Origin: Hormiphora californensis
Taxonomy: Eukaryota > Animalia > Ctenophora
Direction: 5' to 3'
Length of the DNA stretch: 64,000 bases
Assembly: GCA_020137815.1 (NCBI GenBank)
Contig: CM035358.1
Coordinates: 3,596,001-3,660,000, forward strand
This document shows, piece by piece, positions 58,218-64,000 of the stretch. A program made the position numbers and the translations under genes. The notes under the pieces are model-generated. The model worked only from the letters and a program-made list of their open reading frames with translations, was not told the DNA's origin and did no database searches. Every line of letters starts with the position of its first letter. Position 1 is the stretch's first letter.

Positions 58218-60521
58218 CTATGTTCGAACTTGGAAATTCCCAGCTTTAGTGATGTATTTAACACCCTTGAAAGGCTTATAATTCTCGTTGAACATATCTA
58301 GCCTGTTTAACTTTGAGACCACTGACTGCCAACTGACTTATCTTGAAATCCACATGTATCGTTGGGTGGGCTGCTTTGCAGGTAGCACCAGTCGCAATTG
58401 TACACTGGGAGGGATATATTAGCTTGAGAATGAGAATCACAACAATCCAGGTACTCGAGAGAAGAAAATAATATATTTTTAGAATAGATAGAAAAAGGCT
58501 GCTTCAAAAAGAAACTTACTGTGCCCCGCATGGTTGGTATTTTCAGTGGCTGGATCTTCCCAATATCCCACTTTAGCTGCTTAGTAGTTGGATCGAAGGT
58601 GTAAGTTCCAACCGATGTAGTCATGGAGCAGCCTGTCACCTCTTTCGGTAGGGGAACTGATATAATCACGTTATCCACCTGTGTGAGGAGTTGTGGTTCC
58701 AGGAAACTGTTGCTATGGTAACCAAGAAAACTGTTACTATGGTAACCAATGAAACTGTTACTATGGTAACCAAGGAAGCTGTTACCATGGTAACCAATTT
58801 GTAGCTACTGTTACGGTATACTAAGAAGAATGATAACGTACCGTTTTCCCCAGAGTTTGTTTTGGTCCCACAGTAATGTCAACCTTACCAATCTGACCAT
58901 CGTTGAAGTTGATCATGGCCCGTACATACACCGGGATAGCAACCTGACTGGCAATATACCGAGAATTAGAAAAGATGCATAACCCATGTATGACCATGTA
59001 TGATAACACTGAATTACAAATACAAAACGGTTTTTACGGTCTATACTAACACTAGATTACGACATTTTAAGAACTATGAATATAATGCCATAAATTAGGG
59101 CATAATAACACCAACTGATTTCACTGTACTCACTTCTGAGAACTAATGTGGTAGCTCATCAGCACAAAGTTGCCATCTGGGGGAATGAAAGAGAGAACTT
59201 TCTCACTCTCCCACCTCTTCAGCCGGACACAAGGGTGAAAAGAGACATCATCAAGGAGTCGGGGGTTGATAAAGGACATGCTGAGGTCGGGCATCCCAGA
59301 TAAATGGACGTTACAGTTTATCTGGAGAGAGGTCGGGGGAGATTAGGAAAAGAGTTGGGGTGAGAAACGGTATTTGATGTACACACAAAATCGTTTCTTT
59401 AGTAGCAGGGGTCCTGCACGAAAAGTTGGGTACAGCAAATTGGAGTAGTTCCAGAAAACTTAGACATTTGCCAAACATACATTTCTGGCCGGAATAGTAT
59501 TCCCAGAATACTACCACACACTGACGTATAATAGGTAAACTCGGAAATTTCACAGTGTTGTGTGTACTCACATTACACATGAATTGGGAAGTTTTACAAC
59601 TTACATTTCCATGAATTTCTGCAGAGACAACATTTCCATTGGCATCAATAATAACATCCACATCTTCTACACAGTCAAAATATGCTTCGTTATTGGCATA
59701 TTTAACACCCTGTCTCCTCCAGGGGACGTTAGACAACTGAGAACCAGGGAGAACTGAACTTACTCTGCAAATGAAAAGGAGAGTTAGGAAATGTAAGTTA
59801 GTTTCCAGGAATTGGATATCCAGATATTGGAAAAGTTACCTACCCTTCTTTTCCGGTTACCATAGACACTGCCTTGTTGAGAATGGTTGGTGGTTTTATG
59901 AGCTCAGTTAAGATGTTCAGTTCTGTAGCCAAGGGAAACCCGTTATCGAGCATTTCTTCCAACAACTGACAATAAATGTGGCGTTAAAAACAAATAATCA
60001 ATTTTCAAGAAGTAGTAAATTAACGCACTGTATTTAAATATTTGAATACCAACCTGATACACAACAATGATATTGTCTTTGATTGCTGTCTCAGTGCAGT
60101 CATCGAAATACTCAGTGAACGTATCCATCACTCGGTGCATGAATTCAATGACAAACAACGGCTGGACTGAAATAGTGGTATATGAGATCTGAGTTACACA
60201 TTTGATAGTAATTGAGACACTTCAGAATCAATTTCCACTGACCTTCCATTTGAGTTACGGCAACTAGATAGATTTTCTCTCTGTAAATATTAATCAAGCA
60301 GTTCTTGTTGGCTGTAATTATAGGAGGGACATCTTCAGGAGTAGTAGCCTTGGTCTGGGCATCAAAAAAGTGGTCACAAACACTCCGACTGACGATCGTC
60401 CGCCAGTGTTTCTCCAGGAAAATGTCCCTGGGGGAGGAATTTGATAGCAAAATCTTCACAGAATACTGATATAATAAACTTACCCTGATTGGTTAATGAA
60501 AAATATGCTGTTTATGAGCAT
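58218..60521 (-). CDS. AP3M1: AP-3 adaptor complex mu subunit; about 9 exons
   Basis: [13 protein letters not shown]|[21 protein letters not shown]; [18 protein letters not shown]; [18 protein letters not shown]; [29 protein letters not shown]; C-terminus [19 protein letters not shown]. Confidence 0.95.
58703..58797. repeat. 24-bp tandem repeat, each unit containing an RFX X-box palindrome
   Basis: GTTGCTATGGTAAC (58709), GTTACTATGGTAAC (58733, 58757), GTTACCATGGTAAC (58781). Confidence 0.85.
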
Positions 60522-60529
60522 TTTGTAAC

Positions 60530-60810
60530 AGAAACAGCCGACAGCGGAGAGGCCAGAGAAGAGTTTCGTTTTTGGGGCAAAAAAAGAAGCAAAAAGTTTT
60601 CACGGACACTGCATAGTGGGGAGCCTAAGTCCAACGTTGTGCGCGCCGCCGTCGGCTTTTCGTCGGCGGTACCGCTAACTGAACTGACACTGGCATCCTC
60701 ACTCGCGCGCTGAGAGCTTTTTTCGCGCGGTACATGTTAGTTCGTTCAGACTGTGAGTGTGACTGAAAATGGATTTTGTCACCTAAAATGGCCGGTCGCC
60801 TTGGAAACTT
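60530..60810 (-). promoter_or_regulatory. Putative CpG-rich promoter of AP-3 mu
   Basis: CpG-dense patch (GCGCGCCGCC, CGCGCGC, TTTCGCGC, AAAATGGCCG) directly upstream of the ATG. Confidence 0.45.
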
Positions 60811-61256
60811 GCAGGACACCATTGAGATAGTGAGTTAAACGGAAATATCGCACTTGGTATTCCCAACATGGTAATACAATATAGAGTTGGCCGTGGGGAA
60901 GGTATATCATACAATGGTGTCCTATGAACAACAGTTATAAAGTAGACCAATTTATCAAAACTACCGCAGTGGGTAGTGGCACTGAGTCGCAAAAAAAACA
61001 GAAAACATCAATGAAAGGATGGCATTTTTAGGTCAGCTCGATAGTCAAAACACTCTATAATCATGATAATGAAAATTCCGCTCTGTATTCTCCTTCCAAT
61101 AAGAGGGATAATAATATACATGTTCGGTATTGTTTATGAGTCCATTCACTGTTATTCCTATTCCATGTAAACAGCCAAAATGGAGCTGGATCAATACTGC
61201 AGTCAGTAGATGATGTATATCTGACACCACAACAGCACCCACAGGCCACAGTCGCC

Positions 61257-62728
61257 GTCATAGTAACATGTGGTGCAGTTTGTTACGGTCAACTCCAAAG
61301 TCGAATTCCGGCTCTGAGTGGTCCTGGAGAGGGGGAGATGGGGTGTTAGGGCCTGGTTAATCAGGGGTGAGTTAGGGGTGTTGGTGTGGGATAGATAGAA
61401 ACTGGGGTTTCGGTTCAGATAGCAGGTGTTGAGTAATTTGATATAACATGGGCTATACCAGTACACGAGAGTGTAAATTAGCAGTTACGCTCCAGTTGCA
61501 GATTGGAGGCTGGCTCCAGTTTCTGGCGCCAGCCTCCAGTCTGCAACTGGCGCAAGCTGGGAGAGTCCCTGTGCACGCCAAATCTTCGTTGACTAGCAGG
61601 GTTTTCGATGTGAATTGCATGTAAAGTAGCGTGCGCGGCAGTGTCAGCAGTGTCAGCAGGGGCCTGCTTCATTGTAACTAACGTCAGTCGCAAAATCTCT
61701 AACTGGACCCTAACGCGATTGAGAAAAACAAAACACAAACCTTATCACAGTAATCCTCCACATCATCAGTTTCAGGTCGAGATGTGATCTCCTTATCATT
61801 CTGGGTCTCAGCTTCCAGCTGAGATCTCTTGGCTGCTGGGCCGGGCTGTTCCTCTTCAAGATCTCTTTCCTGAGAGGGAAGGCGTGTTAGAGGGTCAGAG
61901 GGTCAAAAAAAGAGGGTTGGTAAAAGTGGGACAGTGTTCGACTAATCGTAACGTTATCTGTAGAGAGAATATATGTTATATTTTATATCTGCTATGTTGG
62001 GAATAGCAAGTGTCATGTTGTTCGGGCCCCAAACAACATGACACTTTCATAGTAACCCTACAGGGTTACTAGGAAAGTTTTATAAATTTCGGGGGGTCAC
62101 CAAAAATGAAAAAAGAAGGTTGTGAAATTAATACCACCCAGGGAAGATAAACGGTTGCCAGGGATTACTATGGGTGGTTGTTGAGTAAGGGCAGGGGCCA
62201 GGGTTTATGTCTGCTAAACAACTGATAAAACCTAACATCACATTCGAGTGATCCGGTCCCGCAACACAACCACCCACAACTAGAAGGATAGGATCACATA
62301 CGCGAGATCTTATCCCGTACTACAGCTACATACAACGAAAGAGAGAGGAGATTGAGAGAGGCGGAGAGAGGTAGATAGAGCCAGAGTGAGAGAGTGACAG
62401 CTACTGAGGTGTCATAGAATGGTAGCTAGCAGGTAGGGTGAGAGAAAATAATTAGAGAATTCAAATATTTTGACTTGTCAACTAAAATATAGAGAACTAT
62501 AAAGCATAATCTGCCACTGGTTGCTCTCACCTTATAATGTCGATGCCATAACCACTTGACGGCGAACAGAGGGGCGCGACATGCAACAGAACTTCTTTTC
62601 CCATCGATCACTGACAGTGATTCACTGCTTCCTTTCCTGTTCCACCTGCAGCTGTAGCTGTTGATGTGTGAGATAGTAGTTATCCTCTGATGGACTATTT
62701 TTGAGAACGACAATCAACCGTTGAACAC
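61257..62728 (-). CDS. Probable 3' exons of an unidentified gene
   Basis: AG/GT-bounded open segments at about 62728-62511 (frame problem), 61869-61741 (ERDLEEEQPGPAAKRSQLEAETQNDKEITSRPETDDVEDYCDK) and 61322-61257 (DHSEPEFDFGVDRNKLHHMLL*). Full structure not resolved. Confidence 0.4.
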
Positions 62729-63136
62729 CTGGAATTGAGTGTGTGGGTTACAGATATGATGTCAAGAGTACTGAGTAGGTTGGCATCCCTATATCTAAAT
62801 TCTCAGCATGCTGCATGAGGCCCATAACGACGTTATAACCCTCCTTTGTAAATTTGTAAAAGAGGGCGGGTCGCATGCAAAGAGGGTAGAGCCAGGCAAT
62901 GACGATGAGTCAGTGTAAAATTTCGGCTGACCTCTTGAACACCACCCCACCCAAAACAAAAAGAGTTTAATAAATATATACCAAAACTACTCAACATTTG
63001 CTACTCAACATTTGCTACTCAACATATGCTTATTTGGAGTGTTAGACGATATGAGACACGATTTGGAGAAGGTTTCTCTCACTACACAGTATCCAGTACC
63101 CACCCCTCTCTCTTTCCCCCGTGCGCTCTCTCTCTC

Positions 63137-63171
<35 letters not shown>

Positions 63172-63319
63172 GGCGGGGTTTTTCTCAACAGGACCACCCT
63201 GACATAACTGACAGTAACACTAGCCACAGCCCCACACAGTCACCTATATATCCCCCGGTCTCTCTACCCCCGAACTTGATCACCCACAGCCCCACATTTT
63301 TTTTAGTAATTTAATCTCG

Positions 63320-64000
63320 TTAACGGTCCTTCGATACCAGTTGAAGTCCTAGGGGGAGGAAAACGTGTAAAACAGATTTTGGTATAACAAAGCTTTGACG
63401 AAAAAAACCTAGACGTCACCCCCTGAAAAGTTACCCCCCTTAAGAACTCTCCATTTTAACTCTCGGGCGTTATGGTCAACATTTAAAGGGTATTCAGATC
63501 CCCATATCACTTTTAGGGGGTTTCATATTATCTAACTCTTGGGGGTATCTATCCCCCACCCCATTTTTAAAATCACCTGAACCTGCAGCGGGGGAAAGGG
63601 AGGGTGAGTTAGAAAAGGCTTTTTTGAAAAAAAATGATGCCAAAAAGGGTAAGGAAGGAAGGTCGGGGGAAGGAAAGGGGGAGGTAGGTGGTGGTGGGGA
63701 AGGGAAGGGGGACGGGGGGTTTGGGTGGGGGGGGGGGTGGGGAGGTGGGTGGGGGGGGGGGGGGGGGGGGAAAGGGGGGGGGGGAAGGGGGGAAGGGGGG
63801 GAAAGGGGGGGGCAGGGGGGGGGGGGGGAAAGGGAAAGGGGGAAGGGGAAGGAAGGGGGGAGGGGGGGGAAAAAAGGGGGGGGGGGGGGGGGGGGGGACG
63901 GGGGGGGGGGGGGGGGGTGGGGGGGGGTGGGGGGGGGGGGAAGGGGGGGGGGTGGGGGGGGGAAGAGGGGAAGGGGGAGGGAAGGGGGGTTTTTTTTTTT
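63320..64000. other. Low-quality homopolymer-rich sequence (also about 1280-2150, 2410-2780, 11450-12000)
   Basis: Progressive decay into G/A/C/T runs, typical of unpolished or failed reads. Confidence 0.7.

Noticed and set aside
63600-64000. G-quadruplex or telomere-like G-rich tract
   Set aside because: No periodic unit; the gradual decay into homopolymers indicates a sequencing artefact.

Overview
Eukaryotic, intron-rich animal DNA, most likely a ctenophore (Pleurobrachia-like). The species call rests on recalled repeat families and is inference only. 1-33.9 kb (+): the 3' part of a Notch receptor gene, 24 exons read by hand (about 17 EGF repeats, 3 LNR, compact NOD/NODP, TM, RAM, 6 ankyrin repeats, NLS, PEST), with very large (GA)n-rich introns. 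37-62.7 kb: a tightly packed run of minus-strand genes: an unknown Lys/Arg/Glu-rich protein, an SLC35A-type nucleotide-sugar transporter, PAN2, AP-3 mu, and the probable 3' end of an unidentified gene. Introns hold one intact CR1/L2-type LINE and several non-autonomous DNA transposons, four of them near-perfect 0.6-1 kb foldbacks. Strongest leads: (1) the PAN2 orthologue has an intact spliced nuclease region but has lost all DEDDh catalytic residues, so it looks like a pseudo-deadenylase; (2) repeated 35-40 nt tandem duplications of 3' splice sites, including a candidate recursive-splicing array in Notch; (3) a 3.6 kb LINE with a 2A-like NPGP motif inserted 7 nt into a ~47-nt intron; (4) a Notch heterodimerisation domain with no furin S1 loop; (5) a tandem array of RFX X-boxes. 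Several stretches look like low-quality long-read sequence, so single-base frameshifts should be treated with caution.
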